From positions 1,178,001 through 1,242,000 of the forward strand of contig AP026125.1 of assembly GCA_030295235.1 (NCBI GenBank): a stretch of 64,000 nucleotides of DNA, given 5' to 3'. The notes beneath the pieces are model-generated. The model ran no database searches. It saw only the letters and a program-made list of their open reading frames with translations, and was not told the DNA's origin. Below are positions 63,181 through 64,000 of this stretch, piece after piece. The number at the start of each line of letters is the position of its first letter. The first letter of the stretch is position 1. The position numbers and the translations under genes are program-made. Origin of the DNA: Fistulifera solaris (lineage: Eukaryota).

Positions 63181-64000
63181 GCCGAACGTCTGTTTAGTGA
63201 AATTAAGGGTTTGTATTGGTTGAGTTAAATAGGGAAATGTTATCGCAGTTTTTGTAATCAAGCAGTTCGTTTGCTTGAACGTCTACCTGTCGCCCAGGTC
63301 TGATTCGTACCTCCAACTAGTCTGAACTGGATCTTAAAGCTTATAAGTAGTTGTTCCGTACTACTATGTAATGGGAGGTTGGAACGCTCGTGCACCATAG
63401 CACGATAATTGCACAACGTGGATATAAATCATCAAAAAGTAAAGAAGAAAGAGTCGTCACGCAAGCAAATCACGTGACCCATGCAGCGACATATGTATTC
63501 AGATTTAGTGCATGCCGGGCTGAAAGAAAGTGAAGACATCACTCATTATTAGACAGGCGGCCAAGACCCCAAACGGAAGAGTATCCCTCGGACAACCACA
63601 ATCAAGGTCGAATCTTCGAAGTGGGAAGTCGATCTATTCGATAACCAGTGAAGCGCAAAAGTTACAAAGGACCCATTTGACCACGGATGAAGCAACATTA
63701 ATAGCCGCTTGTGGACTGAAGTGAACTGCATTGAGCGTCATTGCTCTCTATCGACGACTTCGACGATACAGCGACATGAAGCGCCTTTTGTGTATTTTGC
63801 CGCTCTCTCTTTAGTTACGTTATGTATACGGATAGTATTGATGTAAAAGTGCTAGAAAATTGAAAGATAACAATGTAAAGGTCATCGAATGAAATGAAGC
63901 GAAAAAGAAATGAGCCAACATGCTTTTTCATGGGCTACCCATCAGCATTTTTGAGCCCAAGAACACGGTTTGATCACACTATACCCAAAGAGTAAAGGGT

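Overview
Gene-dense eukaryotic nuclear DNA, most consistent with a (pennate) diatom: short GT-AG introns, bipartite signal+transit plastid presequences and a CoDi-like Copia element. About 28 protein-coding genes are recognisable, including ESF1, arylamine N-acetyltransferase, VDAC, a KRE6/SKN1-type GH16, glutaminyl cyclase, an HMG-box protein, ATG101, TRM6, a CCZ1-like protein, RPL18, NMD3, a SpoU methyltransferase, an ataxin-10-like protein, GPN1 and GRP94. Many conserved genes carry single-base indels, mostly at homopolymers, which are probably sequencing errors. The most interesting material is non-coding. (i) A young full-length Ty1/copia LTR retrotransposon (43584-48959) has a 6-bp TSD and, instead of a TGG-type primer-binding site, a perfect 16-bp palindrome/hairpin across the U5-leader junction. 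(ii) A 216-bp higher-order satellite (~10 copies) built of four ~54-bp dyad-bearing subunits has an old inverted relative 56 kb away; both lie in head-to-head intergenic regions. (iii) A ~910-bp foldback element has ~350-bp imperfect terminal inverted repeats. (iv) A bipartite dyad motif, GCCACGACTG-N3-5-CAGTCATGA, recurs in at least six intergenic sites and in looser form in the LTR. All protein calls come from motif recognition by eye; no database searches were run.
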